A DNA stretch of 64,000 nucleotides, from positions 1 to 64,000 of the IMG/VR virus record IMGVR_UViG_3300028025_002789; one strand, 5' to 3'. Positions within the stretch are counted from its first letter, which is position 1, and the number at the start of each line of letters is the position of its first letter. The translations under genes and the position numbers were made by a program. Of this stretch, positions 31,498-42,903 are shown piece by piece. Source of the DNA: a virus. The notes beneath the pieces are model-generated. The model saw only the letters and a list, made by a program, of their open reading frames with translations, did not search any database and had not been told where the DNA came from.

Positions 31498-33114
31498 ATG
31501 CCAATAATATCATCTAGAGGTTCAGGCTCTTCAAGAGGGTTTGGTTTTGGCATTGGTAAATCTGGACCAATTGCAAACGGTGGAGACATAATTGCAACAT
31601 ACGGATCCTATACATATCATACATTTTTAAATAGCGGAACATTTACAATGCTTTCATCTAAGCCAGTTGAAGTTTTAACAATTGGTGGAGGAGGAGCAGG
31701 CGGAGGACACCACTCAACACTATACACAACATATGGTGGAGGAGCAGGAGCTTTACTATTACAAAATACAACTCTTTCCCCAAACACTTACTCAGTTACA
31801 GTTGGTAGTGGAGGAGCTGCCCCATATTCTACACAAGGAGTTAGAGGTCCAAATGGATCTTCATCCCAATTTGGAAGTTTAACTGCAGCATCAGGTGGCG
31901 GAGGTGGTGGAGCTAGTAGTGGAAATTCAGCATATTTTAATTCAGCTTCTCAAGACGGATCTGCTGGAGCAAGCGGTGGAAATGGTGGCGGAGGCTCACC
32001 AGCAGGCTCTGGAACACAAGGATTTGCAGGCGCACTTGGTGGTGGAGGAGGAGCAGGCGGAGTAGCATCATCAACATTAGCTGGGTCTGGTGCAACATAT
32101 ACAGATTGGTTTATAGCTTCAGGAAAAGGAATCAGCGGTCTTTTTGCAGGTGGCGGAGGCTCTGCAGATTATATTACAGTTAGCGGTGGTGGAGGACAGG
32201 GCGGTGGCCCAGCACCATGGGGTGCAAGTGGACAAAGTGGAATTGAAAATACTGGTGGTGGCGGTGGCGGTGCAGGAAAAAATCAAGACTCTTTTCAGCC
32301 TGGAGGAAGTGGCGCAAAAGGAATTGTAATTGTTAGATACTTAGGATCTCATCCAGATGCAATTATACGGACAGCACCAGGTGCAGTTCCTACAAACTCT
32401 GGAGCACCAGCAATTGGAGGATCTGCATCAGCAGGAAGCACATTAACAAAAACATCTGACGGTTCTTGGAGCGGACAAACATATTTAGAATACAAATGGC
32501 AATACTCTAATGATGGATCGATATGGGGAGATAGAACTTCATGGTCAGCAACTTATTCAGATTATTCAATAAGCCCAGCATCAGCTGGACAAGCACCTTG
32601 GCAATATTTTACTTCTTATCCTGCAAAAAATTCTACTAATCAGACATATAGTTTAAGACAAGGATTAAATGGAAGTAAAGATCAAGGACTATACTATAGA
32701 CTAGCTGTAAGAGGCGTTAACTCAAGTGGATCTTCGGCTCCAGCATATTCTGCAGCTACATCACAAATACCATTAATTCCAGTATATTCTGGAGGAGGAA
32801 GCTACACTGGTTCTTTATCATCTGGTAGCACAATATCAGCAACAAGAGGAACATGGAGTTCAACTGCTCCTCAATGGTTATATTCTTTTATGAGAGCATC
32901 AAATCCAGATGGAAGTAATACTACAGCTTTTATGCAAACAAGTTCTACTGATAGCGCAGGAAACCCATCCGCAGGATGGGGAAACTCATTTGGAAGAAAC
33001 TACACAATTACTGCGTCAGACAGGGGATCGTACCTTGGAGTCATACTTACACCAATAGGTGGTAGTATTAGTGGAGGAAGCGGTGTTACAATTATGTTTG
33101 GATATGTACCATGA
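31498..33114 (+). CDS. glycine-rich virion protein with Ig-like C-terminal repeats
   Basis: YTYHTF..SG, GGGG tracts, GIVIVRY, YKWQ. Confidence 0.8.
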   Translation: MPIISSRGSGSSRGFGFGIGKSGPIANGGDIIATYGSYTYHTFLNSGTFTMLSSKPVEVLTIGGGGAGGGHHSTLYTTYGGGAGALLLQNTTLSPNTYSVTVGSGGAAPYSTQGVRGPNGSSSQFGSLTAASGGGGGGASSGNSAYFNSASQDGSAGASGGNGGGGSPAGSGTQGFAGALGGGGGAGGVASSTLAGSGATYTDWFIASGKGISGLFAGGGGSADYITVSGGGGQGGGPAPWGASGQSGIENTGGGGGGAGKNQDSFQPGGSGAKGIVIVRYLGSHPDAIIRTAPGAVPTNSGAPAIGGSASAGSTLTKTSDGSWSGQTYLEYKWQYSNDGSIWGDRTSWSATYSDYSISPASAGQAPWQYFTSYPAKNSTNQTYSLRQGLNGSKDQGLYYRLAVRGVNSSGSSAPAYSAATSQIPLIPVYSGGGSYTGSLSSGSTISATRGTWSSTAPQWLYSFMRASNPDGSNTTAFMQTSSTDSAGNPSAGWGNSFGRNYTITASDRGSYLGVILTPIGGSISGGSGVTIMFGYVP

Positions 33115-33338
33115 TAAATGAAATATTAATAGAAAGACCAGAAGAGGCTCCAACCTTTTTTAAAGTTTCTTTAAATAATCCAAATGATGAATCATACATT
33201 CAATGGATTAAATCTACTGTAGGAGCAAGATGGGTAGATATTCAAGGAACTACATTAAACCTAATTAGAGAAAATAGGGACGGAACAATATATATTTATA
33301 ATGAAGCTTTAGATAGTTGGGATATAGATGTCATATAA
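33111..33338 (+). CDS. hypothetical protein
   Basis: Coupled ORF. Confidence 0.6.
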   Translation: MINEILIERPEEAPTFFKVSLNNPNDESYIQWIKSTVGARWVDIQGTTLNLIRENRDGTIYIYNEALDSWDIDVI

Positions 33339-35166
33339 ATTAGATGTTCTTTCTCATTCACCACTAGCCTTTTGGCCACTAGAATCTGTTTCTAGCAGTG
33401 GTTTATTGACCTATCAAGATTTATTAGATGACTATTCTACATATACTCAATTCTTAAACGGATTTGATACGTATGCTGAATCTAGCGGATCAATTACCCC
33501 AGACATTTCTGGCTCAAATAATACTGGTATATACATAGGCCTTTTATATGAAAACAATATTCCTTTAGTATCAGGATTAACTCAATCAAGAAAAATTAAA
33601 GGATCTTCTTCTATATTTTATCCAACCTTAAATGATCATACTCAGCCTCAGTCATCAGCAGGCTTTGGAACATCAAATGCTTCAGACAATGATTTTACTT
33701 TAGAATGCTGGGCATATGTAGATACATCCTCTACCTTAGATATACCATTAGTTGGAGACTCATCATCAGATGTAGGATTGTTCTATAGCAATAAGAATAT
33801 TACATTTAAATTAAATTCTCAAGAAATTACATGGACGATTCCATATACAAAGAAAGCGCTTCATATAGTAGCTACATATACCCCTACAAATGCATATCTT
33901 TACATTGACGGTAAGATGGAGGTCCAGAAAGATCTTACTAATTTTGCATTTAATAACTCTAGCCTAAATCTATCTTCTGGCCCAGTAAATAACTCTAATG
34001 ACTACATGCTAATAAATTCAGTTGCTATCTACAGATACTCACTAAGTCCTCAATCAATTAAAAGCCATTATGATAATGGAAAGACAATTGATTCAAATCA
34101 GGTAGTATATCCAGATGGGGGAGAGCTATTTAACATATACGATAATGCATTGTCGACAAAGTACTCATACTCTTATCCAGCTAATAGACAATGGGAAGAC
34201 TTTTTGACTGATGATTTATACTATGACAATATAAATGATGCGATAAGAATTTCTTCAGGAACTGGTATTGCAAAAACCGTTATACTTAATGATTTTATAA
34301 CTATCCCAAGCGGTGCAGAAATGGATGACTCCAGAATAGAATGGAGCGGAAATAATGGAATTACAGTCCAGACAAGTATTGACGGGATAACCTATCAGTC
34401 TTGTGTAAATGGTCAAGCAATTCCTCAATATTCTCTAGCATCATTTAATGCCTCTAGAAATCTATATATAAGAATTACAATGACAACATCAAATGATAGC
34501 CTATACCTTCCTAAACTATATAGCCTATCAATGAGCTTTTATAATAATCAAGTATTCTATGCAAATAACTCAGCCTCATATATCTCTCCTCTTCAGGGAG
34601 ATGTAGGATTAAGCAATAGTAGATATGAGCTATTATCAAGGGATGCAAGAAATGGAATAGCCCTAGAAACAGGATCAGCATTTTCAATTAATACTAGTAC
34701 CTTAACTAAATCATTAGAGTTCTTCTATACTCCATCTACAATAAATAACGGCGGGCTAGTAAAATCAACTTCTGGATCTGGATATTCAGCATCTAACTTC
34801 TCTTGGTCATCAGGAACAATATCCAAAACCAATATAGCCAAGATATATGTCAATGGAGTAGATAAGAGCACCCAGACAGATATCCATAATATTTTTGCCA
34901 AGGATCAGATGTATTATGTGGTTATCACATTTACTAATCCTATATCTGGGCAGATTGATATAAACTACTCTACCGCTGGCGCAATTTCGGCACTTTACCA
35001 GAATATAGCCATATATGATTATGCCCTAACCTTAAGTCAGGTAGTAGAACATTTTAACCTATACCTAGGAAATGCAACCGTATCCCTATCTAATTCGTTA
35101 ATGACCATGACAGAAAACTCTTTTAATTACTATAATTACGACTGGACCGTAGTACAAAATATATAA
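33328..35166 (+). CDS. LamG/ConA-domain minor tail protein
   Basis: PLAFWPL, FTLECW, HIVATY, VAIYRYSLS. Confidence 0.8.
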   Translation: MSYKLDVLSHSPLAFWPLESVSSSGLLTYQDLLDDYSTYTQFLNGFDTYAESSGSITPDISGSNNTGIYIGLLYENNIPLVSGLTQSRKIKGSSSIFYPTLNDHTQPQSSAGFGTSNASDNDFTLECWAYVDTSSTLDIPLVGDSSSDVGLFYSNKNITFKLNSQEITWTIPYTKKALHIVATYTPTNAYLYIDGKMEVQKDLTNFAFNNSSLNLSSGPVNNSNDYMLINSVAIYRYSLSPQSIKSHYDNGKTIDSNQVVYPDGGELFNIYDNALSTKYSYSYPANRQWEDFLTDDLYYDNINDAIRISSGTGIAKTVILNDFITIPSGAEMDDSRIEWSGNNGITVQTSIDGITYQSCVNGQAIPQYSLASFNASRNLYIRITMTTSNDSLYLPKLYSLSMSFYNNQVFYANNSASYISPLQGDVGLSNSRYELLSRDARNGIALETGSAFSINTSTLTKSLEFFYTPSTINNGGLVKSTSGSGYSASNFSWSSGTISKTNIAKIYVNGVDKSTQTDIHNIFAKDQMYYVVITFTNPISGQIDINYSTAGAISALYQNIAIYDYALTLSQVVEHFNLYLGNATVSLSNSLMTMTENSFNYYNYDWTVVQNI

Positions 35167-35228
35167 TTTTGTCACAACCCCTGACAATATCTGGACTTTA
35201 ACCCAAAAGAATGGTAAAATTGTGATCT

Positions 35229-35576
35229 ATGGATATTAATAAGATCAATACTCAGGTATTAGAAGAAGAAACTAGATTAGGCATATATGTTTGGGAAATG
35301 CCTGACGGAAAGTGGATAGGCGATGACGAAGGAAATTTTCTCTCAATCACATCAACAAAAGGAAACAAATCTAGAGTTAATGCACTGGCTGATGAAGTTA
35401 GGTCATACGGTATTCTTGAAGGCAGGCCTTTATTTCTTTCTGGACGCAGGAAGATCGACGACGAAGAATACCAGTATCAACAACAAAGATTAAAGTGGGG
35501 CCTTGTCCCAGATCCTATGGATGTAGGAAACTATAAAGACGAGATGAAAGCTTTGAAAAACGGAGGAGCAAAATAA
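35229..35576 (+). CDS. hypothetical protein upstream of portal
   Basis: ORF; TGGTAAAAT 8 nt before ATG. Confidence 0.8.
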   Translation: MDINKINTQVLEEETRLGIYVWEMPDGKWIGDDEGNFLSITSTKGNKSRVNALADEVRSYGILEGRPLFLSGRRKIDDEEYQYQQQRLKWGLVPDPMDVGNYKDEMKALKNGGAK

Positions 35577-37159
35577 TGGAATATGTAGAAGACAACGATA
35601 CATTTAGCAATGAGGTATCTATATCAAATTCATCTGATTTATTTAGCTTTAGCCAACCAGTAGTAATTGAAACCGATCCATTTAAAATAGAAGGCGAAGA
35701 TTTAAAAAAAGTAATTGGACTAAGTCCAGCATTTCGTAGAAAAGTATCTAGAGATCTACAGAAAAGCTTTACTGGAATTGAAGGAACTGGAACACAGCAG
35801 AACCTATTGCAGCAAGCAGTAACTGGCTATGCAATGTTTGACCTTGTTCAACCAGTATACAATTTAGAATATCTTTCAAAGATATATGAAATTTCTCCAT
35901 ACAACTATGCAGCAATTAATGCTAAGGTTGCAAACATAGTCGGACTTGGATACTCATTTGTTGAAAGCAAAAAAGCGATGGAAGCACTAGACAATATTGA
36001 AGATGCTACACAGCTAACTCGTGCTAGACGAAAGATGGATAGAGTCAGACAGCAGTTAGATATTTGGCTAGAGGATGTAAATCAGGAAGAAACATTTGTT
36101 GAAACTCTAGTAAAAGTATATACAGATTTAGAAGCAACAGGAAATGGCTTCATTGAAATAGGCAGAACAACTAGCGGGAACATAGGATATATTGGACATA
36201 TTCCAGCAAAGACTATGCGTGTTCGTAGACTTCGTGACGGATTTATACAGCTACTTTACGGCAAGGCAGTATTCTTTAGAAACTTTGGCGACATGGAAAC
36301 AGAGAATCCAATTGCTGGTCAAGAAGATAGACCAAATGAAATTATTCATTTGAAGAAATATACCCCTATGAATAATTACTATGGAATTCCAGATATTGTT
36401 GCATCACAAAATGCAATGGCTGGAAACGAGTTTGCTGGTAAATACAACCTAGACTACTTTGAAAACAAGGCAGTACCACGTTATATTATTACAGTAAAGG
36501 GAGCAAAGCTTTCACCAGAATCAGAAAGAAAGCTTCTTGAGTTTTTCCAGGTAGGCCTTAAGGGCAAGAACCATAGATCACTTTATGTTCCACTTCCAGC
36601 AGATTCATCTGACTCGAAGGTAGAATTTAAGATGGATCCAGTAGAGGCTAATATTCAGGACTCATCATTTAATAATTATAGAAAAGCTAACCGTGATGAA
36701 ATTCTTTTATCTCATCGTGTTCCAATTAATAAAATTGGAGTCCCAGAAGGAGTCAGCCTTGCCTCAGCGAGAGATGCCGATAAAATGTTTAAAGAGCAGG
36801 TATGTCGTCCAGCACAGGATATTCTAGAAAAGAAATTAAATAGAATTATTGCAGAAAAAACAGACATACTTATTTTGAAGTTTAATGAGCTAACCCTTAC
36901 AGACGAAGACACTCAATCTAAAATTGATGAGAGATATTTGCGTATGCAGGTTATTACCCCAAATGAGGTAAGAATCCGAAAGGGAATGATTCCAATTGAC
37001 GGTGGGGATGAAGTAATTCAATTAAAGCCTCAACAGGCAGCGGAACAAACAGCCCAAGCAATGAATAGTAGAGCCCGAACTCAAGAAAGAGATTCTAACT
37101 CACCTGATATTTCAGGGGAGGCCAGAAACCCAAAAGGTGAGGGTAGGGTCACAGCTTAA
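35576..37159 (+). CDS. portal protein
   Basis: DLEATGNGFIE, EIIHLK...YYGIP, YFENKAVP, ITPNEVR. Confidence 0.92.
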   Translation: MEYVEDNDTFSNEVSISNSSDLFSFSQPVVIETDPFKIEGEDLKKVIGLSPAFRRKVSRDLQKSFTGIEGTGTQQNLLQQAVTGYAMFDLVQPVYNLEYLSKIYEISPYNYAAINAKVANIVGLGYSFVESKKAMEALDNIEDATQLTRARRKMDRVRQQLDIWLEDVNQEETFVETLVKVYTDLEATGNGFIEIGRTTSGNIGYIGHIPAKTMRVRRLRDGFIQLLYGKAVFFRNFGDMETENPIAGQEDRPNEIIHLKKYTPMNNYYGIPDIVASQNAMAGNEFAGKYNLDYFENKAVPRYIITVKGAKLSPESERKLLEFFQVGLKGKNHRSLYVPLPADSSDSKVEFKMDPVEANIQDSSFNNYRKANRDEILLSHRVPINKIGVPEGVSLASARDADKMFKEQVCRPAQDILEKKLNRIIAEKTDILILKFNELTLTDEDTQSKIDERYLRMQVITPNEVRIRKGMIPIDGGDEVIQLKPQQAAEQTAQAMNSRARTQERDSNSPDISGEARNPKGEGRVTA

Positions 37160-37214
37160 TTATTAGGCAACTAGTTATTTGCCTTTTTACATTTTAAAAG
37201 ATAAAATTAAGCAT

Positions 37215-38525
37215 ATGAATATTGAAAAATCTTTATGGTCTTCTCATGGCGATAACATCAGCTTATCTGTCCCATTCACTAAAGTCAATCGTGAAAAAAG
37301 AACTGTTTCTGGATTCGCAACTTTAGATAACATTGATCAAACAAATGATCTAGTAACTGCAGAAGCAAGCCTGAAAGCTTTTGAAAATTTCCGTGGCAAT
37401 ATCCGTGAAATGCATGGATCAAATGCTGTAGGCAAAATGCTTTCATTTAGACCAGAAACATTTTATGACCCAGCAACAAAAGAATTTTATAGCGGAGTAT
37501 ATGTAGATGCATATGTTTCTAAAGGCGCACAAGATACATGGGAAAAAGTTTTAGATGGAACTCTACAGGGATTTTCAATTGGCGGGAAAATCACAGAGTC
37601 AGATAACGAAGTAAATAAGTCAACAGGTAAGACTGTAAGATTTATTAAAGGCTACGACCTACTTGAGCTTTCAATTGTAGACTCGCCAGCAAATGAATTG
37701 TGTAATATTTTATCAATTCAGAAAGCAAACGGTTCTTTAATTTTTAAAGGTATTGCGGCAGAAGTTACTACAGAAAACATTTTTTATTGCGAAGAAAGCA
37801 AATCAGTATTCATCTCACAAGATGCATCATATGATTCCCCTGTTACTGGTAAACCAGCAGCACTAATTGGGTGGGTAGAGTCAAACGATGTTAATAAATC
37901 AAAAGAGATAGATAAAATTCTTGATTCATTTTTGAAGTCAAGATTACCGTTGCCTGAAAGACAAACAATTGCAAAACAGGCAAACGTAGAAGGAGGTAGT
38001 GAAGTGTCAGAAAACACAGAAACAGTAGTAGTTGAAGAAACTGCTCCAGTAGAAACACCAGTTGTTGCTGAGGAAGCACCAGCTGTTGAAGTAGCTGCAG
38101 AAGATGCAGTTGCAGACGCTTCTGCCGAAACTCTAGAAAAAGCAGCCGACGTATCAGAAGTTGAGGTTGATGAACCTGATTTTGCAAAGATGCTTGGTGA
38201 TTTAAAGGGCTTTTTCTCAGAGACTCTAAATAAAGCTTCTGAGGCAAATGCAGCACAGGTTTCAACTATTAAAGAAACAGTAGAAACTTTTAGCAAGAGC
38301 GTCGATAGCAGAATTTCAGAATTGGCAGAACAACATGCCGTACTAAGCAAGGCTGTTGAAGATATCAAGGGCACAATTGATGGCGTAGAAAAGCGTGTCG
38401 ATGCAGTTGAATCAGAGACTGCAATTAAGAAGTCCTCTGACCTTGGCGGGTCACAGGAAGTAACAATCAAAAAATCTAAATGGAACGGTTCTTTCCTCGG
38501 TTCCGTGAACGAATTATTTAACTAA
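37215..38525 (+). CDS. capsid maturation protease with scaffold-like acidic C-terminus
   Basis: REMH, GFSIGG, ELSIVDSPAN; leaderless start after TTGCCT-17-TAAAAT. Confidence 0.9.
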   Translation: MNIEKSLWSSHGDNISLSVPFTKVNREKRTVSGFATLDNIDQTNDLVTAEASLKAFENFRGNIREMHGSNAVGKMLSFRPETFYDPATKEFYSGVYVDAYVSKGAQDTWEKVLDGTLQGFSIGGKITESDNEVNKSTGKTVRFIKGYDLLELSIVDSPANELCNILSIQKANGSLIFKGIAAEVTTENIFYCEESKSVFISQDASYDSPVTGKPAALIGWVESNDVNKSKEIDKILDSFLKSRLPLPERQTIAKQANVEGGSEVSENTETVVVEETAPVETPVVAEEAPAVEVAAEDAVADASAETLEKAADVSEVEVDEPDFAKMLGDLKGFFSETLNKASEANAAQVSTIKETVETFSKSVDSRISELAEQHAVLSKAVEDIKGTIDGVEKRVDAVESETAIKKSSDLGGSQEVTIKKSKWNGSFLGSVNELFN

Positions 38526-38546
38526 AAAGGGTAGGTGAAACAAACA

Positions 38547-39599
38547 ATGAGCAATGAATTATTAGAAAAGACAATTGCAGCAGGTACAACTGCTACAGGT
38601 ACATTCGCATCCACTACAGGTGGGTCAGGAGTACACCGTGGATCAGAAAATGGCAACGGTGGTCTATTAAATGCAGAACAATCAGCTCGCTTTTTAGACT
38701 ATATGTTCGACGCAACCGTAATTGGTAAAGTCGCCCGTACAGTCCGCATGAGAGCAGACACTACAGAAATTGATCGTATGTCAGTTGGAGAGAAGCTTAT
38801 GAAGCTTGCAACTGAAGGAGACGACACAGCAGCAAACAGCGCTGTTACTTTCTCAAAGATCTCTTTGACAACAAAGAAACTTCGCTTGGATTGGGAGCTT
38901 TCAACAGAGTCTCTAGAAGACAACATTGAAGGTGCTGATCTAGAAGATCACATTGCCCGCTTGATGGCAACACAGGCAGGTAATGACATTGAAGATGTAA
39001 TCCTTAACGGAAATACATCTCTAACTTCAGATGCACTATACAAGTCATTTGACGGTATTGTTAAGAAGGCAAAGGCTAGCGGTCACGTTGTTGACGCAGG
39101 TGGAGCTGCAGTAAGTCGTGCTGTATTTAACAGCGCTCTTAAGGCTCTTCCACGTAAGTACAAGCAACGCCGTTCAGATCTTCGCTTCCTAGCAGGATCA
39201 AACTTGATTCAAGATTTCCTATATGCTAACAGCATTGGAACAAACAACACAATTCCACAAGATATTGCTTCAAGCATTATCCGTGGACAAGAGGTACAAC
39301 CATTAGGTGGACCTGCAGGATATGTGGCACCATTCGCATTCGGTATTCCGATTGTTGAAGTTCCACTTCTTCCAGAAGCACAAGATGGCGATTACACAGG
39401 AGAGACTGGCAACCACGGAGACATCCACTTGACATTCCCAAATAACGTAGTTATTGGTATCAAGCGTGACGTAACTGTTTACCGCTTCTTCTGGCCACGT
39501 AAGGACTCAATTGAGTACACAATGTATACTCGTGTTGGTGTTCAAATCGAGCAGGCAGATGCCTGGGTCGTTGTGAAGAACGTAAAAGTAGCTTCATAA
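38547..39599 (+). CDS. major capsid protein (HK97 fold)
   Basis: Position after protease; ELSTESLEDNIEG, ILNG, FDG; terminator downstream. Confidence 0.92.
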   Translation: MSNELLEKTIAAGTTATGTFASTTGGSGVHRGSENGNGGLLNAEQSARFLDYMFDATVIGKVARTVRMRADTTEIDRMSVGEKLMKLATEGDDTAANSAVTFSKISLTTKKLRLDWELSTESLEDNIEGADLEDHIARLMATQAGNDIEDVILNGNTSLTSDALYKSFDGIVKKAKASGHVVDAGGAAVSRAVFNSALKALPRKYKQRRSDLRFLAGSNLIQDFLYANSIGTNNTIPQDIASSIIRGQEVQPLGGPAGYVAPFAFGIPIVEVPLLPEAQDGDYTGETGNHGDIHLTFPNNVVIGIKRDVTVYRFFWPRKDSIEYTMYTRVGVQIEQADAWVVVKNVKVAS

Positions 39600-39616
39600 T
39601 AGGATTAATTCCGCAA

Positions 39617-39653
39617 GAAAGGCCCCCAATTAATTTTGGGGGCTTTTCATTTT
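39617..39653 (+). terminator. intrinsic terminator
   Basis: GAAAGGCCCCCAA...TTGGGGGCTTTTC. Confidence 0.85.
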
Positions 39654-39699
39654 AATTTAGTAATGCTATAATTAAATAACCTAGATTAAGGAGATTACT

Positions 39700-40101
39700 A
39701 TGTCATTCGAGACATTAAAGATATCTGAACTTAGAAAGATCGCTGAAGATTTCGGCGTAGACACAGAAACATTAAAGAATAAAAATGATATTGTTGCATC
39801 CCTAGCAGACGAAGGCGTTACTTGGGCGGTATATCAAAAAACCATTAAAGACGTAGAGGATGCCAAGGAAGATATTTCTCACGAAATTCTACCTAAATTT
39901 GATCCAAAAGCGGAGCAGCCAGAAAATACTGTTTTAGTTAGAATGACAAGAGCTAACTTTAGGTATGATATTATGGGATTCACCTTTACTAAAGATCACC
40001 CATTTGTGGCAATGGATAAAGAAAAGGCACAAGAAATTTTTGACAAGGAGGAGGGTTTTAGATTAGCTAATCCAAAGGAAGTTCAAGAGTTCTATAGCTA
40101 A
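39700..40101 (+). CDS. hypothetical protein with Rho-N/HeH-like N-terminus
   Basis: LKISELRKIAEDFGV....KNDIV. Confidence 0.65.
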   Translation: MSFETLKISELRKIAEDFGVDTETLKNKNDIVASLADEGVTWAVYQKTIKDVEDAKEDISHEILPKFDPKAEQPENTVLVRMTRANFRYDIMGFTFTKDHPFVAMDKEKAQEIFDKEEGFRLANPKEVQEFYS

Positions 40102-40113
40102 TAAAACCCATGT

Positions 40114-41091
40114 ATGGCAGAGGTATACAAAAATTCTAACGCACCAATAAGTACAAAGATATTTTTTGGTGGAGAAATTGTTGACGCAGACTCAACAGTT
40201 TTAGTTCAGCTATACGATATTACTAGTCCTTCTGCATCTACAAATCCATATAACCCAGGCACCCCAGTAGGAATATACCAGGCAACAAAAGTTGAAACGG
40301 ATACTGGATCATATAAATTAAACTTACCATTTACATTAACGACTGTAGATAGAAAATTTAGGGTTCACTGGATTTATCAGTATCAAGGTCAAGAATTAAT
40401 GCATTACACATTTGCCGATGTAGTAACCCCATACTGCAATATAATTGAGGCCATAGAGGATTTAAACATAGGATCAGATCAGTCTGACCCAAACTATAAG
40501 ACATATCATGAAATTGCCATGGCTGAAAAGTATGCTAGAAAAATAATTGATGACTATACTGGACAGAACTTTACTCTGTATACAGACACAGAAACAGTAT
40601 ATGGATCTGGCTCAGACATTCTACCAACTTCATATAAACTTCATACTTTAGAAAAGCTATACGCTAATGATATTTTATTAATAGACAACATTAATCAAAT
40701 AAACAATATTGGCTATAACTTACAGGTATCAGAATCTGGTTTTGGTATAAGATTAAATAGAAATAATATAGTTGACAACACAGTATACGTTGCAAATGGA
40801 ATGGTTCCGCCATCTCTATACGGAGAAGGATTTTTTAATAAAAATACAACATATATTTTGCAAGGAAAATTTGGATGGAATAGAGTTCCAGACGAAGTAG
40901 AGCAAGCATGTATACAGCTCATCGGACATTTCTTTGATAAAGATAGACACTGGAAAGATCAGTATGTAAAATCAATACAGACATTCGACTGGAAGATTGA
41001 TTATAATTCAGACATTCATTCTGGCACAGGCTGCGCCTACGCAGACAAGCTTCTATCCCCATATGTTTTAAATCAAATGGTTGTGATCTAA
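40114..41091 (+). CDS. head-tail adaptor
   Basis: Position; IDDYTGQ, GWNRVPDEVEQAC, DKLLSPY. Confidence 0.75.
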   Translation: MAEVYKNSNAPISTKIFFGGEIVDADSTVLVQLYDITSPSASTNPYNPGTPVGIYQATKVETDTGSYKLNLPFTLTTVDRKFRVHWIYQYQGQELMHYTFADVVTPYCNIIEAIEDLNIGSDQSDPNYKTYHEIAMAEKYARKIIDDYTGQNFTLYTDTETVYGSGSDILPTSYKLHTLEKLYANDILLIDNINQINNIGYNLQVSESGFGIRLNRNNIVDNTVYVANGMVPPSLYGEGFFNKNTTYILQGKFGWNRVPDEVEQACIQLIGHFFDKDRHWKDQYVKSIQTFDWKIDYNSDIHSGTGCAYADKLLSPYVLNQMVVI

Positions 41092-41520
41092 ATGTTTTCA
41101 GTCATAGACTCAGTTCTGTCTATGAAAATGGATGTGTATAGACAGTCTGATGCACAGAATCCAGATACTGGGGCAATCATAAAAGAGTGGAATTATTACA
41201 AGACACTAGATTGTCATGCAAAAGGCGTCATTAGCAATTCAGCTACTACCCGCTCAAGCGATAAGCAAGTATTTGATAATAGATATTTAAACGATCAGGT
41301 GATTCAAATTAGAACATCTGAGAGACTTATTCTCAGAGAAAAAATTACTAACGTTAGAGATAAAGACGGTAATATAATCTGGGCAGAGATTAACTTTCCC
41401 ACAGAAACACCAACAGTATTTGAAGTAATAGGAACAACCCCGATAACAGATCCATTTGGAAGAGTAATTGGATACAACTCATCTATGAAGAGATCGGAGA
41501 ACCAGCAAATTGGAATCTAG
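41092..41520 (+). CDS. head closure/stopper protein
   Basis: Synteny and size. Confidence 0.6.
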   Translation: MFSVIDSVLSMKMDVYRQSDAQNPDTGAIIKEWNYYKTLDCHAKGVISNSATTRSSDKQVFDNRYLNDQVIQIRTSERLILREKITNVRDKDGNIIWAEINFPTETPTVFEVIGTTPITDPFGRVIGYNSSMKRSENQQIGI

Positions 41521-42298
41521 TAAATTACTGGTACAGGCAGCAAGCAGCCTTGAAAGATTAATGGTTGGAAACTCAAGAGATGCCTCAATTAAGGATAGCA
41601 ATGTAGCGCAAATATCTGCAGCAATATACTATCAGGCTAATGTCATTGCTAAATTGACAGAAAGCAAGCAATTTAAAGACAAATTTAAATCTGTGATATT
41701 CGCACAAATTCTAAAAGACTTTGGAAATTATGTAGACGCACAGGCTAGAGTAAAACCTAATTCCCTACATCATATGTATGAGTGGAAAAAGGCAGGAGAT
41801 GAAAAGGCAAGACTATTTAATCTAAGAATGATAGATGGAGAAGGAGTCTCATTTAAAATATCTTATGAGTATAAATTATCTAAATCATTTGTTCCAGCCC
41901 CAGAAGGAAGAAGAAGACACGTATTCTCAAATAAAGCTTCCGTGATGGAGGCTGGAATGCCTCTAATAATTGCTCCACGCCATTCTGAGAGGCTTGTATT
42001 CGATTCTAATGGTCAGACTATCTTTATGCCCAAAGGGGCCTCAGTGACCGTTAAAAGGCCTGGAGGAAGCGGTGTAAAAAATCAGTTTACTTTAAAGTAT
42101 AGTATATTTTTTAGAAGTCAATTAGTTAATCAATCTATTAAGGCTTCAGGATTCCAGAGACTATTTAACTCATCATTGACAAAAGCAATGAATCTTCCAG
42201 CATCAATTAAAAAGGTTCAATATTCATTCTCACCAAATACTATTAGATCTATGGCGGACTCAGCAGTAACACAATCATTTGGAGGTGCAATGGTATGA
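41510..42298 (+). CDS. neck/tail completion protein
   Basis: Synteny; basic protein. Confidence 0.55.
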   Translation: MESSKLLVQAASSLERLMVGNSRDASIKDSNVAQISAAIYYQANVIAKLTESKQFKDKFKSVIFAQILKDFGNYVDAQARVKPNSLHHMYEWKKAGDEKARLFNLRMIDGEGVSFKISYEYKLSKSFVPAPEGRRRHVFSNKASVMEAGMPLIIAPRHSERLVFDSNGQTIFMPKGASVTVKRPGGSGVKNQFTLKYSIFFRSQLVNQSIKASGFQRLFNSSLTKAMNLPASIKKVQYSFSPNTIRSMADSAVTQSFGGAMV

Positions 42299-42807
42299 CA
42301 CCTGATTATAAATTAGACGCTATGTTTGAGCTAAGAAAATTTTTATGGAGTAAGCTTGTTCTGACTGGAATATTCGATAATGATGAATACTACAGCGACA
42401 ACCTTGCCGAAACAATAATTCCAATTATTCCAGTTCAGCAGGCTCCAGAAATGAATCAATTTTTGAGCGGGAAAAAGCATATAGTCTACGATAAGATAGG
42501 TACCTCTTATGAGGAAAACTGGATGGTATGCTGTGAGCAAATCCTATTTACAATATACTCCACAGACTTTTCGGAAATTAATGAAATTAGAAACTTTATG
42601 ATGGATCAGTTTAGAAGAATGGATGAGTCTGCTAGGGATATAAATAGGTACTCTGGATTATCTGATAAATTTAAATTTCATAGCATATTTATAGCAGATA
42701 TATCTCCAACTGAGCCATCTCAAGAATTACAGGGATTCCTCTCTGCAGACGTCATTTTAGAAGTAAAGTATTCAAGAATGGTCGACTCAGTAGGTAGATT
42801 TTTATAA
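42295..42807 (+). CDS. tail terminator
   Basis: Synteny before the major tail protein. Confidence 0.55.
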   Translation: MTPDYKLDAMFELRKFLWSKLVLTGIFDNDEYYSDNLAETIIPIIPVQQAPEMNQFLSGKKHIVYDKIGTSYEENWMVCCEQILFTIYSTDFSEINEIRNFMMDQFRRMDESARDINRYSGLSDKFKFHSIFIADISPTEPSQELQGFLSADVILEVKYSRMVDSVGRFL

Positions 42808-42903
42808 TTTGCCTTATAGCCTATTATGGCCTAAAATTGGACTAGAGGAAAGAGCCTAGCCAGCGAAACAAATTTTTAGAAACCACAGGAGGTGGAAATA
42901 AAT

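Noticed and set aside
15457-35166. Diversity-generating retroelement or invertible fibre cassette
   Set aside because: No reverse transcriptase or recombinase, and no adenine-variable repeat pair seen; the repeats are protein-level paralogy.
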